Shown: piece after piece, positions 47,429-60,010 of the stretch
How the letters are laid out: the number at the start of each line of letters is the position of its first letter
How positions within the stretch are numbered: position 1 is the first letter of the stretch
DNA from: Pocillopora damicornis
Lineage: Eukaryota
Assembly: GCF_003704095.1 (NCBI RefSeq)
Contig: NW_020846501.1
Location: 310,001 to 374,000, forward strand
DNA length: 64,000 bases
Direction: 5' to 3'
The notes under the pieces: model-generated
Database searches by the model: none
What the model saw: only the letters and a program-made list of their open reading frames with translations
What the model was told of the DNA's origin: nothing
Made by a program: the position numbers and the translations under genes

Positions 47429-49617
47429 GAATCACTATTTTTTTCCCTTTTTCTTGACGTAAGCTCGTTGAATAGTACAGTGAGTTCTTCGAGAATTTGG
47501 ATAAGAATAATTTTGGGAAATTTTCGTTGACAAAGCCATCTGGCGGTTGTAAGGCAATGGGATAAAAATATGTCTTCAGTAAGTAATGTAGCTTTAAGGC
47601 TCAAATACGCCATTCTTATAAATTCGATATACCGAAAGGTGCAAGAGCAGTTCTAGGTACATATGTTAAGAGGTGAAAATTGAGTTATTCTAAGAATAGA
47701 ACTGTTCTATCGGAGCAATTTTTGATTGAGCATCCAGAGTAATCCGGCATCGCATTGGTTTTGCATTTCTTCGCACCGTGATTGGTCCAGAAAACTCGCA
47801 CCAATCTCTAAACCGATCTGATGCAAAAAGANNNNNNNNNNNNNNNNNNNNNNNNNNNNNNNNNNNNNNNNNNNNNNNNNNNNNNNNNNNNNNNNNNNNN
47901 NNNNNNNNNNNNNNNNNNNNNNNNNNNNNNNAAAATTAAAGGATCATATATGGCAAACGTTTTCGTAGCTTTAACTCATGTTCTGCCTCCAAAGTACAAA
48001 TGCCCAAATTTAAAACGGAAGACACTATTCAGCTGACTGGACGATAATCTCTTGGGCTTAGGCGTTCGTAATAGTTAAATCTGGCTAGGCAGTCTATTTT
48101 ACGTGAAACTCTCATATTGATATCTAAATTGCCGTGTAAAATACAGGCCAAAAGCGATTGAAAAGCATGTGAAATTTGTCAGCCCTTTCAAAGAATGTTC
48201 TCACTTGCTATTCACTTGAAACCTTCAACAAACGCATGCGCTTTAAAGCTTTGACAGCGATTCGCGACTTCACACGAGACAGCCCCGTATTTTAACTAGA
48301 GTCTGTAGCGTGGCGCCTCAGTGAAAAATGTGTGACCTGAAGAAAAGGCCGGAACCACTTTTTGCAGATAAAAATAGAAACCCGGATGGCTTCTGAAACT
48401 TGATGAAGACGCGTAAAATGAATCTGGTGTCAAATAGGGCTTCAACATGACGTTGAAAACTTTCTTTTGTAACTCCTTTGTCTCGTTAACAACACAGATT
48501 TAAGCGTCGATCAATTTGAAGCTTCCACAGTCCTTCTCCCTGGCAACCCCACAGGCATCTGTACCACCAGGGGTGGGGAATTTGAGCCTCGTTTGGGTAA
48601 GGTGCCAAATTTGAACCAGCCGAATATTCTGGTGTTAATTTTAATACTGGTGGAGTATCAAGGTAAAGAATCCGCTTTCGTGAGTAAATGGCTTAGAAGA
48701 AATTTTCAAATCGTCGAATGATGCTTACAAACGGAAAAACCAAACAGCGGCACTACAAAATAGTACGTGACTTTCCTGAATTCTACAACGTTCGTTGATC
48801 ACACGAAGGATCGTGCAATAAAAAATTGTGCTGGAACAGGACATTTAAATACAGCTTTGAACAAGCCAATCTTCAAAGGTTTAAATGTCCGCGGGGCTGT
48901 CCATGGGGGAAAATTGAAGCTTTGAACTGATCGACGCAGAAGCAAGCAGAGTTTCACTGCACAGACTGACCAATCAAGATCAAGAAAGCGTATCAAAATC
49001 AACATCAGACGGATAAAAAACATTTAATGTCTTTGACATAACGTAGCCATTTTTTATTTAATCTAATCTATGTAATTTTTTTAGAGATTTTTGTTTCTCT
49101 TGACATTCTAGGTACTTATTTGTAACAAAAGAAAGTAGTTTTAATGTCAAAATCTATTAAAAATATTTCTAAAATTGCAATATATGTTTTCGATTTTTTA
49201 AATCTGTTTGTAGTGAGTGTTACATTTAATTCAACAATTAATTGTTTGTAACACCGTTATTAATTAATTTTTCCTCGTACAAGTAGAGCGCCTTTCAATT
49301 GAGTGTCGTGTTTTTTACTTAGGTAAAAAAATACAAGGAGCCAATGAGAACTCAAAGTAAGAATAGCCAAACGGCTTGAAGCGCGGGAAAACGCGTGTGA
49401 CCAAGTCGTGATTGGTTTCGGGTTTGCATTCGACTGATTGGTGGAGAAAATGGCACGGGTCTTCTTGATCAATCACAGAACAACAAAGAGTAAAACGAAT
49501 GAAATTCCGGATTTCATTTATGCCAATGATCTCATTAGCCCTTGCCTGAGGCCCAACACTGGGGAGAATCTTCTCCACTGTCGATTTACGTAACTTATCC
49601 GCAACAATGTTGTGAAA

Positions 49618-51477
49618 TTAACAGGGGCAGACAAAGTAGCCTGAGAGAGTCTTTGAATCCACTTTGATACAACTTGCATGGAAAAGCTGTTTACAACTGC
49701 CGCATCTCTTCCGCATCTCTGCATCTTCTCCATCGCTGTCTCGACACACTTTGCAGACGTTGATATTTCTCCTACAGCGGACGGAACATATATTTCATGA
49801 TCATTTATTTAATTATGTCTTCTTTTTTCATTGGCTCAGGTTTGACTCTAACTCTATATCAAGATCAAACCTGATGCTTAGCAAGATTAAGGGATATACA
49901 GTTTGGAAACAAGCTGCGACTGAGGTTACTTACTCGAGGATGTCATCGTAACAACAGCCAAATATCATAGACGTTATTCGTGCACGTTCGGTTGCTACGT
50001 CGAAATTTGCATCTACAGAAGAGCCTTCACACAAACACCTTGCAAACTGAAAGAAACGATCAAAAATGACAATCAATCATTAGGGAAAATTCGTGAAGAA
50101 TATGCAATATTCCCATAAATTCATTTTAAGGCAGAAACTATCGGTTGTTGAGGTATATTTAATCATATGCACTTCTTCCAGCGGCTAGCCTATCGAACGG
50201 TATTGCTCGTTATCTTGTGAGGGTAAAGATTTCGTACCTTGATACCTCATAATTTAATGAGGATAGTGACTTCTGTAATAAACTTAAAACAAATGTCGCG
50301 AGTGGGTGCATAGCGAGTTGGCTACTTACGAGACAAATGAGAATTCCGCAGTTGTACCCATCTTTTTGTTTAAAGTGCACTGGCTCGATGCAAGGCCATG
50401 ATAGAGAAAGCCAGCCCGTTCTGGTGTCAGTGACCCCACTACAAATATGATGACAGGCAAATAAAGGGTTACTTTAAACTGACTGCTGTTTTAAATTGAA
50501 GGAGCGGAATTTTTTCACTTACGACTTTATAATTATACACCTGTTCTAAGTACTGAAAGTAGACATTGCATGCCTATCATATTCGCTCTTCTGTAGGCAG
50601 AACAAGGCAATTCAATAAAGACATGTCAACAGTACTTGGTCTTACCTTATCTTATTTATGCGTGATGCGAGAGGAGGATCTGTTAAAGGACTAATTTCTC
50701 GTTGAAAATCTCCCGCCAAAGGGTCAAAGTAGTACCTGGCCGCTTTTGATTTGTCCAAGACCTTTAAAACAAGAAGTCCGGGTTCTTGGTTTCACCTCAA
50801 ATTAATCATATACTCAGTTTCATCGATTGCATTTGCTATAAATTGGTTATGTCTTTCGGCAAACCAATTCTATTAAGTTAAAAAGAAAACCTACCAACAG
50901 AGTCCAGTGAATTCTACGTGCCATGATCGGAACAAATATCCTGGTAATATTTGAGAAGCTTTCTCCTGACCACAGCGAACTCGTACTAAGACCTTTTTCA
51001 ACAATTTCAGCCAAAGTGCTGTCTGCGCAAAACAGGCCGTCATACTGTAGGGTGAATTTCCATAGCACAGCTTCCACAACCTGGTGTAATGGAAGATATA
51101 TAAACATGAGACAAAGTCCTATAAGGCGATCGTTCTTGATTGTAGGTTATACATAATAATATTTTATAACGCAGATTGCTTTATGAACATGCTACCTTGT
51201 CTACGAGCCAACCCCCGACAAAGTTCCTTATAGAGCTCGTCACCAAGGAGCATTGCTCGGCCTCAAGCGGAGGAAGAAGTGTCCATAGGTCACCAACGGT
51301 TAGTCTTGAAGGTCCGATCTCAAGCATGACGTCGTCTATCTCTAGGTTAACTCTCCAGGCATTAAGGAGACGCGTGACATGATCACATTTGCGTGGTTTC
51401 TGTACAGCAACTTCGGTGCCGAGGAACTCTACTTTCCAGTTCTGGCTCGACAATTCATCTTCTTTCTTTTCCCTCTT
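49618..51477 (-). CDS. Ulp1/SENP-like (peptidase C48) cysteine protease plus C-terminal PHD finger (last six exons)
   Basis: Exons 51477-51196, 51080-50895, 50761-50646, 50438-50330, 50046-49934, 49771-49618 give 960 nt in frame with GT-AG sites. GWLVDKVV, IHWTLL (His), YFDPL (Asp), QKDGYNCG (Gln/Cys), then CKVC...CGSCKQLFHASC...CPC*. Confidence 0.85.
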
Positions 51478-52597
51478 CTGAAATGTAACAGTTGTACAAT
51501 TGCAATCGAAAGCCTGGAGGGATGTGGGATTTATGTTCACAATCCACCTCTGCTGACACAGAGTAAAACATTTTTATCTGTAAAAAAATACTCCCAGCTG
51601 GAGTCCACTAGTGGGGGGGAAATATTAACCCGCCACCCTATTGCAAGTTAAAAGATTGTTTTATTTATTCTTTGGTTAAGCCAGCACGTTACTATTTGTA
51701 GCGTTCATAAAGGTAAGGACTTCCTCATCCAAAATGATTGTCTGAAATTTCAAGTTCAAAATCTTATGGTTTTGATGGGTAAATCGAATGAAGCATCATT
51801 GCAAAAACCAACTACAAAAATAATTAGTTAACATACGATTGGTATCCATGGTAAATAGTCATTTTCTTCTGGCACCTTCTTTCTCATTCCCATTCCTTTC
51901 TGCAGAAAAGTAAATCATAAGTTATTGTGGCAAAATAAAATTCCATTAGCAAGTTCTATTGCTACTTCATTTACATTGATTTGTAATTAACTCTGTGTTT
52001 GAATAATACTCTGAATCTTGAGAGTGCTGTTTTAGGTGCCCAATGAAGTAGTATGACCACTCATTCGCAACACACTTAAAATGAGAACTTAAGGATCCAG
52101 TTATAATTACTATATAACTAAATGTAACATTCCACCAACATCTTAAGGGGTCTTCGGTTTTCACACGTGATACTTCTCCTCGCAAGTCTATGACTGAAAT
52201 GTCCAGTTGCCCTTGAAGGTCTACTGTATTGTTCAGATAAAGGCTACTTACATTTACAATCATTACTGATGTTCAAAGATCACGAGTAATATAAAACGAG
52301 TAATATAAAATGCCCACCAATACTACAGTCCAAAACTTCTAATCAGTTATGTATTATTTAACTGGTTTATTTTATGCATATTTCTTATCAAGTGTAGAAA
52401 ACAAAGCAAAGAGAGAAACAAGGCACACATAGCTGACCAGTTAAACAGGTTTTTCACACATAGCTGACCAGTTAAACGGGTTTTTCACAATACAAAATAA
52501 CCATCTGTCCAAACATCTTGTGATGTTTGTACTTTTTTTGTGCGTTATTCGTACTACACTTAGTGCAGTTATATAATAAAACAAGATATTTGTATAC

Positions 52598-53386
52598 TTG
52601 CTGTTCTGAAATCTTATACAAAGTTTCCTTCTGTTGAGCTACTGTTCGCCTTGTCACCATGGAAAACATTTCCAAGTTGGTAGGCATAGAAGGTGCCTGG
52701 TCTACAATGAAAACAATTGTTAAAACAAGGAAACTATATCAGTTTAATGATTCTTGCATTTAATGCAGTCACTAGGAGTGTACATCACAGAGTAGCAGCT
52801 TCAGTTATACAAAATCCATATAGCAGATTCTCTCTACTGATGACCACACATTTCCTTTAGATTGAATTATAAGAATTTGGTTTTGTATCAGGATAACACC
52901 CTCTGGCTGATAGACTTATCTTTTCTCAGAGCCTGCTTGGGAGAAAACATATTGGAATAGTAGGGAGAAGTTAAATTTCAAGCAATCACCTCTATAAATT
53001 AAAGGGTTAAAAGGAACAATCCTGGTGTTGCTATGAATTTTCCTAGGAACCCACACAACACAAAAAGGGAACACTATTTGGCATTCTTCCTTGCTATTGT
53101 AATACCAAATACTTTAACACTTCTTTGCAGTATCTTATCTATCTGTAGTTACTTAATTACCATTACCTGATGAATTATTCAGCTCTTGAGGCTCAGTTCC
53201 CAGGCAAATGGCCTGAAAAGATAAGTCCAGCCAAAATATTTCTAATAGCTACTATCTTACTTTCAATGAGTGTTTGTGAAAAAGACTTCAATGCTGGGCT
53301 GTGAATTTATTTGGACACAACAGATCTTCACAGGTGTCCTTAACAAAAACATTTCTTGGCATGCAATTTGAAGCATAACCACCATG

Positions 53387-53420
<34 letters not shown>

Positions 53421-56400
53421 AAAGGCTATGAAATGCACTATTCATCAAAAATTATATTGTTTTAGCTTGATTCAGTGGTAAACCGAACTGGGTGCAACAA
53501 TTTGAAATGGAAGATGTTTCTTTAAGAAAATTAATCACATATCAAATCTGACTGCAAAAATTAAAACTTCCTCACAGTCCTAATCCCGTGGGGATGGTCT
53601 TCAAAACCATGAGGATTTTTATTGGCTGGTTTGCAATTAATCTGTCAAGTTCGCTGATGAAAATTCTACCAATACACAACACTGTGGAGGCTAATGCAGG
53701 AGATCCATTTTGAGAAATGGAATGCCCCCACATGTCACATATCCTATTAATTCATTCAAAGAATGCTCATGCGCGTAAAAACCAAGCATTTTATTGGTGC
53801 TTCTAGAGTTTTCCCAGCAATTCAAACTTTTGGGTGACCACTTCAAGTTTTTTCAACACTCCAAATGCCAACCACTGATAAAAACACAGAAGCATCCTGC
53901 AGAGTCTCAGGAGACCCTCAGCAAAAACATAATTATTTTGAGGGTAACTATCTAACAGTTACCTGAGAGAGACGTTTTGTTCAATTCTGCTAAACAGCAG
54001 TTTTGATTTCAACTCTTTTTTTTTTCAACTTACAAGTGGCTTTAGCATGCCGTGACAAAAAAATCATGATTGATGATCAAGTGCTAGCAGAGAGGATTGC
54101 CTAAACCTCGAGCCTTTATCTATTTCAGTGACCTCTTGTGCTGACAGCCAGCTTTCTTTTTTACTTCCACCAATAGACTCCTCTCCTTTTGTCTCTCTCC
54201 ATTCATATTTTTGTTTTAAATGTAGACGGATAGTAATGATCTCCATGTTCAACCAAAATCAGGAGGTTTTTACGCAATGGAAATTCAAGGAACAGGATGT
54301 TTTCCACAAGAAACCCTTCAGGAGTCATTTATGCTGACATGTTGTAATTGGCTATTCACACTTTGGTGGGTGAAAGCATTCAGTTCATACTTATTTGTAA
54401 ATGACTTGCATGCATTTCAATTTTTTGCTTTTCTTGAAAACCCTCATTAAAATAATAATGCTTAGTTTGACAAGAAAAACAAGTTTAAAAAATTGGCCCT
54501 TGACAGTCTACTATACCCTTAAGATAAAGGCTACATTTACAATCATCACTGATGTTCAAAGATCACAGACCACCTTAAAATTGTGGTTGATAACCATTTA
54601 ACATAGACTAAAAGAAGCACTACTAAAATACCCCTGATTCTTCTCAAAATTTGTTCTCATGTCTTTGGTTATCATTTGCCTCCATGAGCTCCAAATATTT
54701 CATAATGTTTACATTGATGAAGGTTTTATTGACCAAATTTAAACATAAAAGTTATTTACCTGAACTACCTGAACTGCTGAATCATTGTGGGAGCTTCTCT
54801 CTGATAGAATTTTTGGTCCTGTATTCCCTGTTGCCATAATATTTTCTTGGTTCCCAATAATTTCAGGTAACATGTCTACAATGACAACTATTGTTAAGTA
54901 AAAAACAATTTTTTTTGTCCCATGCTTGTGACATAATGAAAAGCATCTTTCTCTATAGAAACTATAACTTTATTAATGATTTTTGCACTATGTGCAAGTG
55001 TGGAATCTTGCCACAGTCTCAGGTGGTCTTTGATCTTTTGGTGGTATTTAATATCATACACTTAATGCCTGCTCCTGTGGGAAACAGTTGATTTTGTTTT
55101 CCTGAGCCTCAAGGGTTCCCAAGACAAAAAAATGAGCATGTGCAACAATGAAACTTTTTTTCTTGTAGACATTGCAATTGTACCATCTTAAAGTCTGTGT
55201 ATTCCATCTCACTATCAAAAGGTCTGACCATTTTTTTTTTATATTTATCTGTAGTTACTTACCTATACCCATCTCCTCTTCAGCTATTCTTCTTGCCATC
55301 TCTGCCTTAGCTTTCTTTAATTCTTCACTTATTGCGTGGTTCCACATGATTTCCCTCACATTCACAAAGCACTTAAAATGAAAACTTAAGGATCCAGTCA
55401 TATGTATGGTAAGGTTCTAAATAAACCGATGTTGACTATATAACTTAATGTAACAGTTCCACAAACATCTTAAGGGGGCATGGGTTTGCACATGTGATAT
55501 TCCTTCTCACAAGTCTCCAACTGAGATGTCCAGTTGCCCTTTCAGTGAAGTACACATGGCTCGCAATCAAAAAATTACATGCAAATTTCAGCAGAAAAAC
55601 ATGCATGCAGCCATGTAACAATTAAAATTGATCAGCTCAACTTCATAGGCTCATATCTAAATATGTTCCTACTAAAATAAGGGCCATAAAAAAGATTAAT
55701 ACATGTAACAATGAGAAAAAACAAACAGCTGTCTGAATAAATAAATCAATTCATGAATGAAGTTGTTGCAACATTATGTTACCTGAGACAAACCTTAATT
55801 CTCTTTAATTCTGCTAAACAGCAGTTTTGATTCCAACTATTTTTTTTTTCAACTTAAAACGGCTTAAGCATGTCATGGCAAAAAATTCATGGTTGCTGAT
55901 CGAGTGCTAGCAGCAAAGATTGCCTAAACCTCAAGCCTTTATCTGTTTAGGTGAGATTCTGTCGCCATTCCGCCTCAAATTTCTTAACCTCTTGTACTGA
56001 CAGCTAGCTTTCTTTTTATATTTTCACTTATGGACTCTTCTCCTTTTTATCTTTCTCCATTTGCATTCTAGTTTTAAATGCAGACAGAGAGCAATAATCC
56101 CCACATTCAACCAAAATCAGGAGATTTTGGAATTCAAGGAACAGGATGTTTTCCCACAAGAAACCCTTCAGGAGTCATTTATGTTGACATGTTGTAATTT
56201 GCTATTCACACTTTGGCAGGTTAAAGAATTCAGTTCATACTTTTTTGTAAATAACTTGTGCGCATTCCAATGTTTTGCCTTTCCAATTTTTCTTGGAAAG
56301 ACGACCACCTTTAAATAATGGTTGATAACTATTTAACATAGACTAAAAGAAGCACTACTAAAATACCCCTGATTCTTCTCAAAATTTGTTCTCAAGTCTT

Positions 56401-59400
56401 TGGTTATCATTTGCCTCCATGAGCTCCAAATATTTCATGATGTATACATTGATGAAGGTTTTATTGATCTTTAAACATAAAAGTTACATACCTGCACTAC
56501 TGAATTGTTGTAAGAGTTTGTCTCTGATGGAGTTTTGGGTCCTGTATTCCCTATTGCCATAATATTTTCTTGGTTTCCCATAATTCCAGGTAACACGTCT
56601 GCAATGGCAACTATTGTTAAGTAATAGAAACAGAATTTTTCTTTGTTCCACGCTCATAACAAGACAAAAAGCATCTTTCTCTACAAACTATAATTACTTA
56701 TTAATGACCATTTTTTATATTTATCTGTAGTTACTTACCTATATTCATGTCCATGATTTCTCTTGTGATTCTTAGGTTTAGCCTTGATAATTCTTTCTCT
56801 TTCTCCTGTAATTTCTTTTCCATCTCCTGACGGTAACACTATTAAAATATTCGGCATCGTTTAAGGTCAGAATACTGATCGATACCTACTTCCATACACT
56901 AATCCACTACAAGTCATGTGGAGTGACTTACAGGTAATGAGCATGAACGAAGAGTATTGTCCATCGCTTCTCATACTTTAGACATGGTTTAGGTAGAAAG
57001 CAAAATGCACTCTGTGATTGGTCAAGGTTTGACAGCAAGTTTTGCAATTGATCATCATAGAAGCTCTTTCTTCTGGCGATGTGTTCGATCTCTAAGGTGT
57101 CTTCACCACATTCATGATTATCGAGACTAGGGAAGTAAAATTGTGGTCGAAGATAATAGAAATGGTGATGGGGATACATGAGTTGACAGATTACTGATTT
57201 TTAATGAGGCGATTGACAGAAAATGCACTGTACTTAGTGGACGAACGAAAAACAAAGAAAATGTAGTCGGTAAACACACCTTTTGAACAGAAATGAATCG
57301 AAGTTCACTGAGAACTTGAACCCGTGAAAACTTCAAATATGTGACATTTATTGCCTAAAAAGCCATGTGCGAAGAAATACTAAATTCTGAATTTTTGGTC
57401 GTAATGGTGGCCGTTCAAAAAAAAAGTTGAGCTTGAATTTTCTTTGCAGAAGAGTATGTTTTCTCGCGATGAATAAGGACATTTGCTGTCAGATGCAATT
57501 ATTAACCGTGCGATGTACGACTATTAAGTCTAAAAGCCAGTTAAACACGACTATTAATGAGTTTGTACGCGATTAATAGTTGTACTTAACAGGATTATTA
57601 ATCGTGATAGAAGACGCTTTCAGACTATTAATCGTAAGAGATACCATTTGCAATTAATAGTCTTACTTTAAGGACTTTTGCGCCAAATAATCGTAAAAAA
57701 ACACTCCGGAAATTAATAAACACCTGAAGGGATTTGGAATGTGATGTATGTTAGCAATCCACCTTCCCATGAGACAGAGTAAAACACTTTTAACCATCAA
57801 AAAATTGTTCCCAGCTAGAGTCGACCAGTGTGGGGAAAAATGTAATCCTATTGAAAGTAAATAAAATATTGTTTTATTTACTGGTTTAGCTGATGAACAT
57901 CATCTTAGAAACTCTTTACGGTGGTCAATTTATATTATTTACTAAGTTAATACAAATTATCTTGTAATATTCATTAAGATACATACTTCTGAATCCTTCT
58001 TCAATTCCCTGAACTGGGCTTTCAGGACTTTATTTTCTTCTATCAATGCCTATAGCAACCATAATAAATACATAAATAAAGATCTAAGAAAATCATCAAT
58101 AATCAATAATAAATAATAATAATCAATTAATAACAGATAAGTTAATTGGTAGTTAAATGTCCAATAAATAAATAAAATAGGCAGCGCTTTCAATAAGACC
58201 CAGCACCGGCCAGTCAGCTCTAGTTATTCTGTTGTGTATTGCTAGGTACATTTTGTCACATCCAAGTCAAATTTACAGAACAAAAATACAAATTTATAGC
58301 ATGTAAAATCAGTTTTTAATTTAGTATTGAAGTATTCAACTTCTTTTTTTTTCCAAATTCTGTTTCAGCTTTCTTTTTCTGCTTGTTTTGTTTGTTCTGC
58401 TAATTAATTCACCATGTAGAAAGTCTGGGTGCATGTGAGTTGGTTACTAAAGACAATTTCAAACAACTTTCTGCTGAACTAGCTATAGTCATCAAATATT
58501 TTTGGACAAATACCAAAACAGCAGTTCTTCTCAACTGTTGTTTAAATAGCATGCTGGTCAATAACACATGTAGATCAAATTGATGACTTTTTGGTTAACA
58601 TGTTAAGTCAAAAAATATGGTCTTTTTTTAAGGCAGGGCACTGAGAGGTTTGTCTACAATTGCAAGCAGAAGAAAACTGTGCAAACAAAGATAATTGTGT
58701 AATATTGTGAGACAAAAAGGGAAGTGTGAATGGAAGACAATAGAATCTGGCTTGGCTAAGTGTAGAAAGGTTTGGATTGTATATTATTCAAACATGATAT
58801 ATACATACCTGCACTTCTGAAATATCATTTGACTGAGACTCTGTGCATAGATCTGTGACCAGTATCTTTGCTACAGTTTGCCCTGTTGCAGGATGTAATG
58901 TTCTCCCTGTTGGATCACCACTGGAGCTAATCTTGGAAGTTTCCAGGCCTAAAATGAAAACAATTGTTTAAACATGGAAACTATGATTTCTCTGTCAATG
59001 GTTTTTGCACCATGCAGTCAGCATGCAGAGTGTACACCACACAGTGGTAGTTTTAGTTATTCTTTGTTCTTCTTTCTGGTAAATACATGTAACATCAACA
59101 TCAACATCACCATGTAGCAAGCTAAAATCATTGAATGGCAAGAGAACAAGATTAGGCTTGTACAGGATTTTGTGCTTGAGTTTCAAATACCTTATTTACT
59201 TGTTCAAAGAAGTTAACCCTTTAAAATTGAAGACCCAGGATTAGTAATTCTTCCTACTGACCACCATACATTTTCTTTAAAATTTAATTGTTTTTATTAT
59301 ACACCAGATTTAAGAAAAATTTAAAGTGGTTAAAAAAAAATGAAAACAGAAAAAGATGCCAAATACTGAACAGAACATAATCAGAAAAGAGCTGCAAGGA

Positions 59401-60010
59401 GCAAGGTTCTTTTCAGTCTTGGCAGATGGGAGCACAGATTCAAGGATCATCCAGCAAGAATCTGTTTTTGTGAGATACACTGAACCAGAGGTATTACCAA
59501 AGACTCAGTTTGCTGACTTGGTTGATGCTTTAAGTGCTGATGCCAAAGGTTAGTGGTTAAAAGTGTCTTAAATCTAACCACAAAATATATTACATTTCAT
59601 GATTCCAAGTTTTCTCTTTCCACATTTCAAAGCAAAATTTATTACAAAGGGGATTGAAAAAAAAAATTTTTTTCTTTGTAACACAGCAGCAGTTAAAGAT
59701 ACTCCTCTCCTCCCAAGACCTAGATAATTATTCAACTGTTTTTAGGTGTGCTAGAAGCAATGGACAAGGGCCTAGACAGAGTGGGAGTCAATGTTAAACA
59801 TCAGAAGGAAAAGATGGTCAGCTGCAACTTTGAGGGTGTAGCAGTTATGTTAGCAAAACAATCTGGTGTGGCAAAAAAAAACTGAAGGACAGGTTGGGCA
59901 ATTACCTTGTGTCTATTCACCAAAAATGAGCACTGATCAAGTCTAACTGACTTTTTTGGGATGCCTTTAATTTAATATCAATTTTTCTGTAGTTACTTAC
60001 CTTTATCCAT
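52598..60010 (-). CDS. Putative 5' exons of the Ulp1-PHD gene (coiled-coil/low-complexity, duplicated exon pairs)
   Basis: Exons 60010-60001, 58948-58809, 58049-57987, 56838-56739, 56598-56492, 55371-55263, 54875-54760, 53212-53161, 52701-52598 are phase-compatible and stop-free, and join 51477 in phase 0 (about 586 aa total). The linkage is inferred. Confidence 0.55.
53390..53418. repeat. (TA)n microsatellite
   Basis: Run of alternating TA. Confidence 0.95.
53950..56740. repeat. Intragenic tandem duplication (~53950-55000 vs ~55780-56720)
   Basis: Long shared blocks such as aattctgctaaacagcagttttgatt, aagaaacccttcaggagtcatttatg and acatagactaaaagaagcactactaaaatacccctgattc. Confidence 0.9.
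59356..59920 (+). mobile_element. Intron-containing hAT (ZNF862/ZMYM-like) transposase fragment
   Basis: FFSVLADGSTD...ESVFVRY...SADAKG, intron 59549-59745, then VLEAMDKGL...MVSCNFEGVAVML...SGVAKK, an A-run frameshift, and LKDRLGNYLVSIH. Confidence 0.8.

Noticed and set aside
51875-52075. Additional exons of the Ulp1-PHD gene (also ~54130-54205, ~55990-56068, ~56930-57127)
   Set aside because: They have acceptor-like or paralogous features but contain stops or lack a phase-compatible donor; probably decayed or alternative modules.
57495-57720. CRISPR-like repeat/spacer appearance
   Set aside because: Repeats are only ~10-12 bp, degenerate and in both orientations; eukaryotic context with no cas genes.
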